Shown piece by piece: positions 28,366 through 38,948 of a stretch of 64,000 nt of DNA. The first letter of the stretch is position 1; each line of letters begins with the position of its first letter. Under the pieces are notes generated by a model. The model had not been told where the DNA came from and searched no databases. It saw nothing but the letters and a program-made list of their open reading frames with translations. The translations under genes and the position numbers were made by a program. Origin of the DNA: an uncultured bacterium (GTDB taxonomy: Bacteria > SAR324 > NAC60-12); assembly GCA_965662235.1 (NCBI GenBank), contig CBFIGY010000010.1, forward strand, positions 18,403 to 82,402, written 5' to 3'.

Positions 28366-29600
28366 GCCACTTGGCCTCCCCTTCTTCCGAGACTCCCATG
28401 TCCCTCAGTCCCCAGTTGTTGAGTGCCTCAGGCAGAGATGCCCTGAAGCAGCTCTACCGAGACGGCTTGCTGCACGATACCCTGCCCTTTTGGCTGAAGC
28501 ACAGCGTTGACCGTGAATTCGGAGGCTTCACCATCTGCCTGGGCCAGGACGGAACCGTCATTGACACCGACAAGGGAATCTGGACGCAGGGACGATTCAC
28601 GTGGTTGCTGGCGACGCTTTATGCCGAGGTGGAGCCCAACCCCGAGTGGCTGGCCTTGGCCAAGCACGGCATCGACTTCCTCCGACGTTACGGCTTTGAC
28701 GACGATGGACGGATGTTCTTTTCGGTCACGCAGGAGGGGCGGCCTCTGCGGAAGCGCCGTTACGTGTTTTCAGAAGCCTTTGCTGTTGCCGCATTGGCCG
28801 CGTATGCCCGTGCGTCCGGAGAGGCGCAGGCAAAGGAAGAAGCCCTGGCGGTGTTCCGGCTCATGCAGCGGTGCCTTTCGGAACCGGGGCTGCTGCCACC
28901 AAAAATGATTCCGGGAACGCGGGACACCAAGGGACTGGCGGTGCCGATGATTCAAATCGTCACGGCTCAGATCCTCCGTGAGGTCCTCGATGATCCGGAA
29001 GAGTGCAACCAGGTCATCGACCGCGCCATTGCCGAAATTCGGCAGGACTTCATGAAGCCGGAGTTCAAGGCGGTGCTGGAGACGGTTTCCACCTCCGGCG
29101 CCTTCTTGGATCACTTTGAGGGACGGATGCTGTGTCCGGGACACGCAATTGAAGCCGCGTGGTTCATCCTCAAGGAATCGGCCTACCGCAACGGCGATGC
29201 GGCGTTGCAGGAGCTGGGACTGACGATTCTCGACTGGATGCTCGAGTGGGGCTGGGATCAGGAATACGGAGGGGTGCTCTACTACCGCGACGTCAAGGGG
29301 TTGCCGGTGCAGGAGTACTGGCAGGACATGAAGTTCTGGTGGCCACACAACGAGGCGATCATTGCCACCCTGCTCGCCTACACGCTGACCCAGGATGAAA
29401 AGTATGCCTGGTGGCACAAACTGGTCCACGACTGGGCCTATGCGCACTTTCCGGATCGGGAGCACGGCGAGTGGTTTGGCTACCTGCACCGTGATGGACG
29501 CCTCTCTGTGCCGCTCAAGGGGAACTTCTGGAAGGGGCCCTTTCACCTGCCCCGGATGCAGCTGGAGTGCTGGAAGAACCTAGAGGCCTTTACCCGATGA
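28362..29600 (+). CDS. N-acylglucosamine 2-epimerase (AGE family)
   Basis: DKGIWTQGR, PGHAIEAAWF, KFWWPHNE, WFGYLHRDG, WKGPFHLPR; start may be the ATG at 28398. Confidence 0.92.
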   Translation: MSHLASPSSETPMSLSPQLLSASGRDALKQLYRDGLLHDTLPFWLKHSVDREFGGFTICLGQDGTVIDTDKGIWTQGRFTWLLATLYAEVEPNPEWLALAKHGIDFLRRYGFDDDGRMFFSVTQEGRPLRKRRYVFSEAFAVAALAAYARASGEAQAKEEALAVFRLMQRCLSEPGLLPPKMIPGTRDTKGLAVPMIQIVTAQILREVLDDPEECNQVIDRAIAEIRQDFMKPEFKAVLETVSTSGAFLDHFEGRMLCPGHAIEAAWFILKESAYRNGDAALQELGLTILDWMLEWGWDQEYGGVLYYRDVKGLPVQEYWQDMKFWWPHNEAIIATLLAYTLTQDEKYAWWHKLVHDWAYAHFPDREHGEWFGYLHRDGRLSVPLKGNFWKGPFHLPRMQLECWKNLEAFTR

Positions 29601-29636
29601 CCGAGCCGCAGGGCGTGGCGGGTCAAGTCGCTTGAC

Positions 29637-30056
29637 CTAACGGGCGATCCGGCGGATGCCGGCCTGGCACCCGAGCTTGAGGAAAGGGGTGTTGCGCGGG
29701 TCCTGCGGGTCGAGGTACAGGCCCTGAGCGCTGGGGTGCTGTTCAAAGTTGTCCACATCGCTGTCCTGCCAGTTGCAGAGCACCTCCGCGCTCCGGACCA
29801 CTTCTCGACGGGTGCAGCGCAGCGTCTTCCCAGCGATCATCATCCACCCAGTGGAGTCCTGCCAGCTGTTTTCAATGACACAGGCCCATCCCTGTCCCTC
29901 AAAAACGGGCCCGTCTTCCACAATCCGGAGGACCTCTTTGGGGCCGTAAACGCCCTCACGGTAGAACTCAAGCTGCCACTCGAAGTAGCTTTGGGCCTGC
30001 ACCGGCAGCCCCAGCAGCAGCCCCACTCCGAGCAAGCCCCCTTGCAGTGCCTTCAT
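29637..30056 (-). CDS. Hypothetical exported protein
   Basis: Signal peptide ending VQA-Q; four Cys; 4-bp overlap with the upstream kinase gene. Confidence 0.65.
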   Translation of the reverse strand: MKALQGGLLGVGLLLGLPVQAQSYFEWQLEFYREGVYGPKEVLRIVEDGPVFEGQGWACVIENSWQDSTGWMMIAGKTLRCTRREVVRSAEVLCNWQDSDVDNFEQHPSAQGLYLDPQDPRNTPFLKLGCQAGIRRIAR

Positions 30057-31573
30057 CCGTTCATCCCTTCCTGCAGGAACATCGCTGCCAGGTCAAAGGG
30101 ACTGAGCCGGATGTCATGCTGCTTGAGAAGGCCTCCGACGGAAATCAACACCCGCGCAACGAGGACAAAGTGGTCGGGAATCGTGACCTCGGCTTCCTTC
30201 ATGACCTGCAGGTACCGGCGCAACCGAGTGAGCTGGGCGGGCTCCTGAGGGGCTTCCGTGAACAGCAACCGCTCCGCTTTTTCCGGATTGGGGACTCCGA
30301 AGCCGGCCTTCAGTAGGAGCTCGACAAATCCGTCCTGTTGCCGATTCAGTAGGGCCACCAGAACATTCCGGTAGGCCTCCGCCTGCTCTGCTGCGAGGGT
30401 GCCCACGGCGCCAAAATCGAGCAGCGCCAGCTGACCCTGCGGCGTCACAAAGAAGTTCCCGGGGTGCGGGTCGGCGTGGAACAAACCGGTCAGGAAGATC
30501 TGCCGGACAAAGCTGCGCGTGAGGGTCCGCAGCAGCGGATCTGCAGCACTGGGGACGTCCTCCAGAAACCGCCGGATGGGTTGCCCTTCCACAAAACTCA
30601 TCACCAGCGTCCGTCGCGACAGCAGGTCCGGAACCAGGCTGGGGAAGGTCCAATCCACCTGCGGGTAGTGCTGATGGAACCGCTTGAGGTTCTCAGCCTC
30701 ATGCAGGTAGTCGAGTTCCAGAAGGATGCTCCCCGAAAGCTCCCGGAGCACCTGCTCCAGGTCCACGCCTTCAAACTGATTCCCGAACAGCTTGGCGGCC
30801 AACTCGAAAAACTGCAGGTCTGCCCGGACGCGCTCATCGGCTTCCGGCAGCTGAACCTTCAGGGCCACTGGGGTGCCGTCTGCGAGCGTGGCGCGATGCA
30901 CCTGCGCAATGGACGCGGTGGCCAGTGGCGTGGGGTCGATGTGCTGAAAGGCCTCTGGCCAGCGGGTGTGAAGCTCCTCGTTCAGGACCTGCTGGATGGA
31001 CGCCCACGGCGCCGGAGGCGCCTGATCCTGCAACTCAGCTAGGCGCTCCCGGTAGGCCACAGGAACCCAGTCCCCCTGGGTGCTGAGGAATTGCGCAGCC
31101 TTGACCCAGGCACCGCCCTGACGGCGGCAGAGCTGAACAAGCTCCTCAGCCTGTGTTTGGTGGAGGGCTTCCGTTTTGGCCGCATGCTCCTCAGCCGTCC
31201 GGAAGCGCTGGGCCTGCTCGTTGAACTGGCTCCGGACCAGCATCCCAGAGAGCGTTTGGATGGCATCGCGGTACCGATCGCCCAGACGGAGCAGCTGAGT
31301 CAGCTTGAGCCACTCCTCAGAGTAGCTGTTTTGCAGCGCAACGGCGTCCTGTCGAATCTGGTCCGGATCCTCCCACCAGTCCCGAGTTTTGCGGACCAGC
31401 TGGCTCTGGACCTCGTCTGCGCGCCGCAGGGCTTCTTCGGGAAGCGCCCGGAGCCGTTCGTTCCAGCGGTCCCAGTCGCCGCCCAACGGGGTGTCCTTGA
31501 GCAGCTGATTCAAGGGGCCAGACTGTTCTTCAAGCCACTTGCGCGGATCTCCAAGAATCTTGTTCCAGTCCAT
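30053..31573 (-). CDS. AarF/ABC1/UbiB family atypical kinase
   Basis: KAAQFLS, ATASIAQVH, ALKVQ, FHADPHPGN, LLDFG. Confidence 0.92.
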   Translation of the reverse strand: MDWNKILGDPRKWLEEQSGPLNQLLKDTPLGGDWDRWNERLRALPEEALRRADEVQSQLVRKTRDWWEDPDQIRQDAVALQNSYSEEWLKLTQLLRLGDRYRDAIQTLSGMLVRSQFNEQAQRFRTAEEHAAKTEALHQTQAEELVQLCRRQGGAWVKAAQFLSTQGDWVPVAYRERLAELQDQAPPAPWASIQQVLNEELHTRWPEAFQHIDPTPLATASIAQVHRATLADGTPVALKVQLPEADERVRADLQFFELAAKLFGNQFEGVDLEQVLRELSGSILLELDYLHEAENLKRFHQHYPQVDWTFPSLVPDLLSRRTLVMSFVEGQPIRRFLEDVPSAADPLLRTLTRSFVRQIFLTGLFHADPHPGNFFVTPQGQLALLDFGAVGTLAAEQAEAYRNVLVALLNRQQDGFVELLLKAGFGVPNPEKAERLLFTEAPQEPAQLTRLRRYLQVMKEAEVTIPDHFVLVARVLISVGGLLKQHDIRLSPFDLAAMFLQEGMNG

Positions 31574-31703
31574 GACACTTCTGCAAAGGGGGCCTGTGTT
31601 CAGGAGGCCCAGGGTTCTGAAAAAGGGGAGGTTTCTCAGGAGAAACCACTGAGGGCAGGTTAGCGATTCTTGCTCAAAGAAGCCATCGGAACCGGAGAGC
31701 GAC

Positions 31704-33698
31704 TCAGGCGGCTTCTGAGGTGAGCAGGAAGGGCGGAGCCTGAAAGGCTGCAGCGAGCCGTTCGGGAGTGCCAAAGAGGAAGAGCTGGTCTCCGGCGGCT
31801 AGGGTGGTTTCGGGTTCCACCTCCGGGAGCACCGCGCCCTGGCGCTGAATGGCCAGCACGGTCAGTCCAAAGTGCCGACGCAGGTCCAGTTGAAACAGGC
31901 TCTGACCGGCCAGAGGAGAAGCATCGGGAATGAGGTAAGTGGAAACCTCCAGCGCCGAAAGCTGTGCGGTCAAGAGGGCCTGAGTTTCATGGTGCCGGAG
32001 GAGGCCATACTGGTCCTTTCGCAACTCAGCAATGCAGTGCTCGACCTCCGGTCGGGGGGCAAGGAACCCGGCCATCACCCTCCGGAAGATCTCCAGTGAG
32101 GTTTCAAACTCCTCGGGGATGACCTCGTTGGCGCCCAGTGCCGACAGCGCCGGAATTTCAGCAACGTACCGTGTCCGGACGATGAGGTGCACCGCCGGGT
32201 TGAGGGCTCGGACCTGCTCGGTGATGCGCCGCACGGCTGCCGGCACCGCAATGACCACCACAACGGTCCGGGCGTGCTGCACCTGAGCACGCTCCAGCAC
32301 GGCCTTCCGGGAGGCATCTCCATAGAGGATGGGCACTCCGGACGCACGTTCTCGGCGGACGGTCTCCGGGTTGGCTTCAATGACCGCGTAGGGCACCCCC
32401 AAGCGGGTGGCGGCGCGGGCCACGTTCTGGCCATTCAGTCCGTAGCCGATGATGACCAGGTGATCGCTCTGCTCCGGGCCACTCAGGGTTTCTTCCGGAG
32501 ACAGGCCCGCCCATCCCAGTCGCAGGCGCAGGGGCCACGGCGCCCGCAGAACGCCTTCTGCCATCCGGGTACTGTGTGGCAGGAGCAGAGACGCAAGGAT
32601 CATCGACAGCACCGTCACGGTGAGTACGCCTTGTCCCAGCGTGTCGTCCCGGATCCCTGCGGACGCCGCGGCCCGGTCGAGCAGAAAGGCAAACTCGCCA
32701 ATCTGCGCAGTCAGCAGCCCGACCTTTACGGAAACAGAGAGGTCAGCACCGGTGAACCAGGTGGCGAGGCCGCCCAGCACCGCTTTGCCAAGAAACAGAG
32801 CTGCCGTCGCCCCAAGCACCCACGGAAGGTACTCCCAGACAAAGCCCGGGTCGAGCAGCATGCCCACAGAGATGAAGAAGAAACTCGTGAAAACGTCCCG
32901 GGACGGGAGGATGTGCTCAAGGGCGTCATGACTGAATTCGGACTCTGCGACCATCACTCCTGCCAGAAAAGCACCCAACGCCAGTGAGAAACCGGCCCAC
33001 GCCGTCAGCCACGCAATTCCCAAACAGAGGCCGATGACGGTCAGTGGAAACAGTTCGGGAACCTTGCTGGCAACCACCTGATGCAGAAGCCGTGGCAGCA
33101 GCACCCGAGCCCCGAAGGCGATGCCGGCAAGGAGTCCTGCGAGCGCCAGTCCGATCCAGAGCCAGTTCACCGATTCGCCTGACCCTCCTGCAAGGAGCGG
33201 AACAATCAGGAGCATCAGCACCGCTGCAACGTCTTGAAAGACGAGGACTCCAAGGGTGGCGCGTCCGTGAGAGGTCTCCAGTTCCGCCTGGTCCTGAAGC
33301 GCCTTGAGGACCAACGCCGTGGAGCTCAGGGCAAAGGCGGCGCCGAGAAACAGTGCTGCAGACCCGCTGAGTCCCCAGCCTGTGGCCACTGTTGCGGTGA
33401 CGGCAAACACAAGCCCCACCTGGAGGGCGCCGGTGCCCAGCATCCAGCGCTTCAGCTCCACCAAACGGGCAAAGGAAAACTCGAGACCAATGCTGAAGAG
33501 GAGCAGGACGACGCCAAACTCGGCAAGCATCTCCACCTCGTGGGCATAGGAGATCCAACCGAGCCCGTCCGGACCGGCGACCACCCCAGTGGCAAGGAGT
33601 CCGACCGCGGGAGGTAGTCCAATCCGGTGGAACACCAGGACCACGACCACAGCGAGCCCCAGCAGGACAATCAGGTCTTGCAGAAAAGCGAGGTTCAT
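31704..33698 (-). CDS. CPA2 cation:proton antiporter with TrkA-N/TrkA-C domains (KefC/YbaL-like)
   Basis: LLFSIGLE, LVFQDVA, GYGLNG, YGDAS, C-terminal RCK_C domain. Confidence 0.9.
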   Translation of the reverse strand: MNLAFLQDLIVLLGLAVVVVLVFHRIGLPPAVGLLATGVVAGPDGLGWISYAHEVEMLAEFGVVLLLFSIGLEFSFARLVELKRWMLGTGALQVGLVFAVTATVATGWGLSGSAALFLGAAFALSSTALVLKALQDQAELETSHGRATLGVLVFQDVAAVLMLLIVPLLAGGSGESVNWLWIGLALAGLLAGIAFGARVLLPRLLHQVVASKVPELFPLTVIGLCLGIAWLTAWAGFSLALGAFLAGVMVAESEFSHDALEHILPSRDVFTSFFFISVGMLLDPGFVWEYLPWVLGATAALFLGKAVLGGLATWFTGADLSVSVKVGLLTAQIGEFAFLLDRAAASAGIRDDTLGQGVLTVTVLSMILASLLLPHSTRMAEGVLRAPWPLRLRLGWAGLSPEETLSGPEQSDHLVIIGYGLNGQNVARAATRLGVPYAVIEANPETVRRERASGVPILYGDASRKAVLERAQVQHARTVVVVIAVPAAVRRITEQVRALNPAVHLIVRTRYVAEIPALSALGANEVIPEEFETSLEIFRRVMAGFLAPRPEVEHCIAELRKDQYGLLRHHETQALLTAQLSALEVSTYLIPDASPLAGQSLFQLDLRRHFGLTVLAIQRQGAVLPEVEPETTLAAGDQLFLFGTPERLAAAFQAPPFLLTSEAA

Positions 33699-33739
33699 GA
33701 CGGTTGGGAGTCAGAGCAAGCAGGTCAGGGCCAAGCGCA

Positions 33740-35110
33740 TCAGGCTGGTTTGGGACTGAGCAAGTTGGGTAGGGTCCGGATGCGGATCCAGAGCATCGCT
33801 CCTCCGCCAGAGACCGCGTTGCCGACAGCCATGCCCAAGAAGATGCCCAGCAGGCCCATCAATTCGGAACCCAGCCACGCCAGCGGCAGAATGAGCAAGA
33901 AGAGTCGGACGAGGTTGATCATTGAGGACTGCATGGGCAGGTGCAGGCCGTTGCAGGCGGAACTGGCCAGCAGAGACATTCCGAAGAAGCCGTAACTGAT
34001 GGGAACCGTCCAGAGGTACAGTCGGGTCAGGGACTGGACGGATTCCGCGTTGCTGAACAGAGACGCAATCGGGAAGGCGCCGGCCGCCAGAATGAGAAAG
34101 GCTCCAGCACCCCAGATGAGGGAGAAGCGGGCGCTGAATCCGAGCGATTCCTCAATCCGTTTGGGCTGTCGGGCGCCCATGTTTTGTCCGACAAAGGGGG
34201 TGAGCACCGACGAGAGGGCCATGATGCCAAGGATGGCAAGGGACTCGAGGCGCGTTCCCACTCCAAAGGCGGCCACGGAGTCAGGGCCATAGCTGGAGAC
34301 CATGCGGGTGAGGGCCGCGTTGGAGAGCGGGTTCAGCATGTTGGTCAGCGCCGCCGGAGTCGCAATGAAGAGGATGGGCTTCCAGGATTCCCAGACCAGC
34401 GCCGGTCGGGGCAGGCTGAACTCGAGCATCTTTTCTCGTTTTCCCAGCACCCAGAGTCCGGCAAACATGGCAAAGAAGTAGGCAATCACTGTGGCAAGCG
34501 CTGCTCCCCGGACCCCCATCTCAGGGAAGGGGCCGATGCCAAAAATCAGAAACGGGTCCAGGATGGCGTTCACTAGGGCGACGACCATCATCACCCGGCT
34601 TGGGGTTCGGCTGTCTCCGGTGGCGCGGATGGCACTGTTTCCCACCATGGGCAGCGCCAGCAACGGTACCCCGAGGTACCAGATGGTCATGTAATCCTCA
34701 ATGATGACCTGCAGGTCGGCAGACGCCCCAAGCGCGGTGAAGACCGGCTCGAGCGTGAAGAGTCCCAGCAGCGAAAAGAGGGACATGACGACAAAGGTCA
34801 GGTAAAGGCTGTGCGTGGTGAGGCGCTGCACCCGAACCTGATCTCCCTGCCCAATGGCCCGGGCCACCACGGAAGACGTGCCAATGCCAATGCCAAACGC
34901 CATGCTCATGACCGTGAACACGACCGGAAAGGTGAAGCTGATGGCCGCCAGCTCCTGCACCCCCAACTGCCCAATGTAGAGGGTGTCAATGATGTTGATG
35001 AGCATGATGGACACCAGCCCCATGATCATGGGGAGGGTGAGGCGAAACAGGGTGGGGCCCACGGGTCCTTCCAGCATGCGATTGGAATCAGAAAAGGATT
35101 TTGGTTTCAT
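33740..35110 (-). CDS. MATE family efflux transporter
   Basis: DTLYIGQLG, RATGDSRTP, NAILDPFLIFG, GVRGAALAT. Confidence 0.92.
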   Translation of the reverse strand: MKPKSFSDSNRMLEGPVGPTLFRLTLPMIMGLVSIMLINIIDTLYIGQLGVQELAAISFTFPVVFTVMSMAFGIGIGTSSVVARAIGQGDQVRVQRLTTHSLYLTFVVMSLFSLLGLFTLEPVFTALGASADLQVIIEDYMTIWYLGVPLLALPMVGNSAIRATGDSRTPSRVMMVVALVNAILDPFLIFGIGPFPEMGVRGAALATVIAYFFAMFAGLWVLGKREKMLEFSLPRPALVWESWKPILFIATPAALTNMLNPLSNAALTRMVSSYGPDSVAAFGVGTRLESLAILGIMALSSVLTPFVGQNMGARQPKRIEESLGFSARFSLIWGAGAFLILAAGAFPIASLFSNAESVQSLTRLYLWTVPISYGFFGMSLLASSACNGLHLPMQSSMINLVRLFLLILPLAWLGSELMGLLGIFLGMAVGNAVSGGGAMLWIRIRTLPNLLSPKPA

Positions 35111-35114
35111 AGGC

Positions 35115-36041
35115 TTACCAAAGAAACAAATGAACGACACGGGGCTGCCCCGCCAGGTCTTTGTGAAAGACTGGGGGCTGCCAGGCCGGGTGATCGGCAG
35201 CCAGCTGAGTCAACGCAGGTTGCTGGTCGTTGCCGATTTCCAGAAGCATCTCGCCTCCTGGGGCCAGGCAGGAAGGGACCTCGGCGAGCAGCCGACGGTA
35301 GAGGTCCAGCCCATCTTCTCCTCCATCAAGCGCCAACCGAGGCTCGTGCTGGGCCACTTCCGGTTGCAGGGTGGGGAGGACGTCCCGCGCGATGTAAGGA
35401 GGGTTGGCGACCCAAAAATGAAAGGGGCCGTGTTCAGGCAGCAGCGTCAAGGCGTCGCCCCTGAGAAAGGTGAGGGTGTTGTTCCGGGGGGAACCAAGGG
35501 CCGCATGCCGCTCGCGGTTGCGCTCTGCCAGAGCATGCGCGTCCGGACTCAGCTCAGCGCTGATGAGGTCTAGATCTTGTAGCTCAGAGGCAAGGGCCAG
35601 GGGAATGGCTCCGGAGCCTGTTCCCAGCTCGGCGATGCGGCAACGGACGCCAGGCGCTCCGTGCTGCCACTTCCGGATGCGCGTGACCGCTTGCTCCACC
35701 AGCGTCTCGGTGTCTGGGCGAGGAATGAGGACTGCCGGACTGACTTCGAGAGGAAGCGACCAGAACTCCTGCTCCCCCAGCAGGTAGGCCGCAGGCCAAC
35801 CGGAAGCACGCTGGCGGACCAGCTGCCGAAAGGGGGCACGTTCTGCTTCATCCAGCGGCCGGTCCTTCTGCAGGTACAGCTCCAGCCGTGACAGCTTCAG
35901 GGCATGGGCAAGCAGCAACTCGGCGTCCAGTCGTGCTGAAGGAATGCCCTTTTCGGAAAAAAAACGCTGGGTCCAACCGAGCAGGGCTTCGATGGTCCAC
36001 AGGTCTGGATGGAGCGAGGGGTTGACGGAGTCGGCAGGCAC
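35115..36041 (-). CDS. prmC: Release factor glutamine methyltransferase
   Basis: RLDAELLL, VLIPRPDTE, GTGSGAI, NPPY, ALDGGEDGL; start approximate. Confidence 0.93.
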   Translation of the reverse strand: MPADSVNPSLHPDLWTIEALLGWTQRFFSEKGIPSARLDAELLLAHALKLSRLELYLQKDRPLDEAERAPFRQLVRQRASGWPAAYLLGEQEFWSLPLEVSPAVLIPRPDTETLVEQAVTRIRKWQHGAPGVRCRIAELGTGSGAIPLALASELQDLDLISAELSPDAHALAERNRERHAALGSPRNNTLTFLRGDALTLLPEHGPFHFWVANPPYIARDVLPTLQPEVAQHEPRLALDGGEDGLDLYRRLLAEVPSCLAPGGEMLLEIGNDQQPALTQLAADHPAWQPPVFHKDLAGQPRVVHLFLW

Positions 36042-36293
36042 ACGCGTCAAGGAGTAAGGGGGTTGAGCGTTGGAGCAAAAAAGCCCCTTTTCGGAGGCAG
36101 GCCTCCGCACCCAAGCGTTTGGTGACAGCCTCCGGACCCGGAGGTGAGTGGGTGCTTCTGGCACCGTTTCCCGGCTCAGGACGCGAAACGACTTGTGATG
36201 CTTTTGGAAGAACAAACAATTAATGATAGAAATGAACCCGTTTATTGTCTAGGCGGATTCCCCCGCGCAACACACTGTTACAGGAGGCACTTG

Positions 36294-37142
36294 ATGTACA
36301 CGACTTACATTCCCGCTGAAGAAGTCGCTTCACAACTGGAAAATCCGGACTGGGTTCTGCTGGACTGCCGGTTCTCGCTGGATGCTCCAGAACTGAAGGA
36401 ACAGGACTATCAGCAGTCGCACCTCCCGGGCGCCCGGTACGTTCACCTGGAACGCGACCTGTCTGGCGACATTCAGCTGGGAAAAACGGGCCGGCACCCG
36501 CTGCCCACCTTTGAGGACCTGGTGACCCGACTGGGCAGCTGGGGGATCGGACCCGGCGTGCAGGTGGTCGCGTATGACGATGCCAACGGCGCGTATGCCG
36601 CACGTTTGTGGTGGATTTTGCGGTGGCTCGGACACGACGCGGTCGCCGTTCTGGATGGTGGCTGGAACGCGTGGAACGCTGCTGGCCTGCCGGTTTCGGA
36701 CGCGCTGCCCCACACAACGCCTCGGGAGTTTGAGCTCAATCCGCGTCACACCTGGCTGCTCAATGCCCATGAGGTGGACGCCCTCCGGGAGCGTCCGGAT
36801 GTGGTGCTGATTGATGCGCGCTCCGGAGACCGCTTCCGTGGAGAGAATGAACCAATTGACCCAGTGGCCGGCCACATTCCGGGAGCGATCTCTGTGCCGT
36901 GTTCGGAAAACCTGGGTCCGGATGGGTGTGCCAAGAGCACAGAAGCCCTGTGTGAGCGCTTTGAAGCGGTCCTGAAGGGACGTCCTCCGGAGCGGCTCAT
37001 CAGTTACTGTGGGTCCGGCGTGACCGCGTGCCTGAACCTGCTGGCGCTCAAGCATGCTGGACTGGGAGACGGACGCCTGTATGGTGGCTCCTGGAGCGAC
37101 TGGATCACGGATCCGGACCGTCCCATTGCGACGGGTCCCTGA
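36294..37142 (+). CDS. sseA: Tandem-rhodanese sulfurtransferase (SseA/3-MST type)
   Basis: GRHPLP, LDGG, GHIPGA, active site CGSGVTA, YGGSWSDW; AGGAGG RBS. Confidence 0.88.
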   Translation: MYTTYIPAEEVASQLENPDWVLLDCRFSLDAPELKEQDYQQSHLPGARYVHLERDLSGDIQLGKTGRHPLPTFEDLVTRLGSWGIGPGVQVVAYDDANGAYAARLWWILRWLGHDAVAVLDGGWNAWNAAGLPVSDALPHTTPREFELNPRHTWLLNAHEVDALRERPDVVLIDARSGDRFRGENEPIDPVAGHIPGAISVPCSENLGPDGCAKSTEALCERFEAVLKGRPPERLISYCGSGVTACLNLLALKHAGLGDGRLYGGSWSDWITDPDRPIATGP

Positions 37143-37156
37143 GAGACGCTGAGGTC

Positions 37157-37843
37157 ATGACCCCACTCCGGAAGCAACCGTGGTTTCGGGCGCTGAAGAT
37201 GCGTGTTGGCGCCGCCGGGTTCACTCAACTGCTGCGTGCGACGGGCTGGACGTCCCGGGTGCGGCGGGAGAACGAGCAGGCACTCCAAGCGGCGTTGACG
37301 CAGCATGGAACCTTTCTGCTAGCAACCTGGCACGAAAACATCTACTTCAGCACCTGGATGCTCCGGGACCTAGGACTGACGGCGCTCATCAGTAGTTCTC
37401 GTGATGGAGAGGCGATTTACCAAGTGATGCAACACTTCAACTTCAAGGCGGTCCGGGGGTCGTCCACCCGTGGCGGAATGCTGGCCCTCCGGGAGCTGCT
37501 GGAGGCGTTGAAGCGTCAGGAGCCCGTGGCCGTGACCCCAGATGGTCCCACGGGACCGCTGCACCAGGTTCAGCCCGGCATTGTTCTGCTGGCGAAGAAA
37601 ACCGGCCTGCCGATTCTGCCATGGCACTACGAAGTCCGGGACGCGTGGCGGTTGAAGAGCTGGGACTCGCACAAGGTCCCGAAGCCCTTTACGTCCGGAG
37701 TGGGACGCTTTGGAAACGCATTTTATGTGGATGCACAGACGCCTGGCGCTCGGCTGGAACAGGTGGCCCAGGAACTGGAGGCGGCGATGAAAGAGAACGT
37801 GCAGGAGGTGCAGCGACTGGTGGAAGGGGGCGGAGCGACCTGA
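37157..37843 (+). CDS. Lysophospholipid acyltransferase family (DUF374) protein
   Basis: WH, ISSSRDGE, VRGSSTRGG, TPDGPTGP, SWD..PKPF. Confidence 0.85.
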   Translation: MTPLRKQPWFRALKMRVGAAGFTQLLRATGWTSRVRRENEQALQAALTQHGTFLLATWHENIYFSTWMLRDLGLTALISSSRDGEAIYQVMQHFNFKAVRGSSTRGGMLALRELLEALKRQEPVAVTPDGPTGPLHQVQPGIVLLAKKTGLPILPWHYEVRDAWRLKSWDSHKVPKPFTSGVGRFGNAFYVDAQTPGARLEQVAQELEAAMKENVQEVQRLVEGGGAT

Positions 37844-37861
37844 AGCCGCTCCGGTGCAGGT

Positions 37862-38809
37862 TCAGAGCTGGTCGTTGTAAGCCTTGATGGCGCTGCTCTT
37901 CATTTCCTCTAGGTAGAGCCGGGAGTAGATTTCGATCAGGAACGGCCGCAGGTCATTGACGTCTTCGTCATCGGCGTACTCCTGAAAGAATTGCTCATAC
38001 ACGTCCATGGCGCCCACGAGGATGCCGTAGTCAGTGAGCAGGTTGGCGTAGAGGAATCCGGAAGAGTCCATCGACTGGGCCTGCTCCGACTGCTGCTTGA
38101 GTTCGTTGAGGCGTTTGGAGGTAAGGCCCTTCAGGCGGGACTCACGGGTGGTGTAGACCACTTCGGTGCCGTCGAGCACCTCAACGAAGTAGCGGACGTT
38201 GTCTGCTGGAGGCTCAATGGTGGCCCGAATCAGAGGGGCATCGGTGGCAGGGATTTCATAGGTGTTCAGGTCTTCCCACTCACGGGTCTTGCGGTTCTTC
38301 TCGCCGATGCGGACCCGGTAGCTGTACTGAGGACCCACGTTTTCCCAGACAAGATCCGGGAAGTCACCTGTGATCACCACGTTCCCCGCCTTGAGCTGAA
38401 TGCCCGGCTTCTTGGCCGACCGTCGAACCGTGGTGTACTTCTGGGTCTTGATGAACTTGTCTCCCAAGCCGGCCACGAGGTCTCCTGCCGCTTGCTGGTT
38501 GCCCAGCTCTCCGGAAACCGCCTGGATGCCTTCGGCAGAAACCTGCGCCACGGTTCCTGCAGGAATGGACGTGGTCTGGTTGGTCGTCTGGTTGATGAAC
38601 GTCACGGAACTATCCGGATTCGTCCGGACCTGATATGAGTCATACATGAAGACGTTGCGTCGAACCTTCTTCCATCGCTTCCCGTCCTTGCTATACTCCA
38701 CCTTTCCTTGAGGCTCCGTCAGCATGCCGATGGGGGTCCTGGCCCAAAGATTGCCTGCTGAAACCAGCAGCAACAGGACGAAGACGATGAACGTTTTTCC
38801 AGTACGCAT
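37862..38809 (-). CDS. Hypothetical exported protein with FecR-like N-terminal beta domain
   Basis: Signal peptide; GKVEY..W...VRT...SSVT pattern; strongly biased codon usage. Confidence 0.6.
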   Translation of the reverse strand: MRTGKTFIVFVLLLLVSAGNLWARTPIGMLTEPQGKVEYSKDGKRWKKVRRNVFMYDSYQVRTNPDSSVTFINQTTNQTTSIPAGTVAQVSAEGIQAVSGELGNQQAAGDLVAGLGDKFIKTQKYTTVRRSAKKPGIQLKAGNVVITGDFPDLVWENVGPQYSYRVRIGEKNRKTREWEDLNTYEIPATDAPLIRATIEPPADNVRYFVEVLDGTEVVYTTRESRLKGLTSKRLNELKQQSEQAQSMDSSGFLYANLLTDYGILVGAMDVYEQFFQEYADDEDVNDLRPFLIEIYSRLYLEEMKSSAIKAYNDQL

Positions 38810-38948
38810 GTAACCTTTACGGATAGGGGTGGTGAACTTCAACAAAGAAGCGCCCTTTCTATCGCATTTTGTAAAAAGAGGCAAACCCGATCCCTTGAGC
38901 GCTGAACAGATGGAAAGGGAGGGCTTGGCCCGATCTGGTGTAAAAGAA

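Noticed and set aside
35115-36215. Long N-terminal extensions in the ORF track (prmC, icd, nanA, sseA, ABC ATPase at 1043)
   Set aside because: Downstream starts with an RBS or family-typical N-termini fit better; the extensions overlap promoter regions
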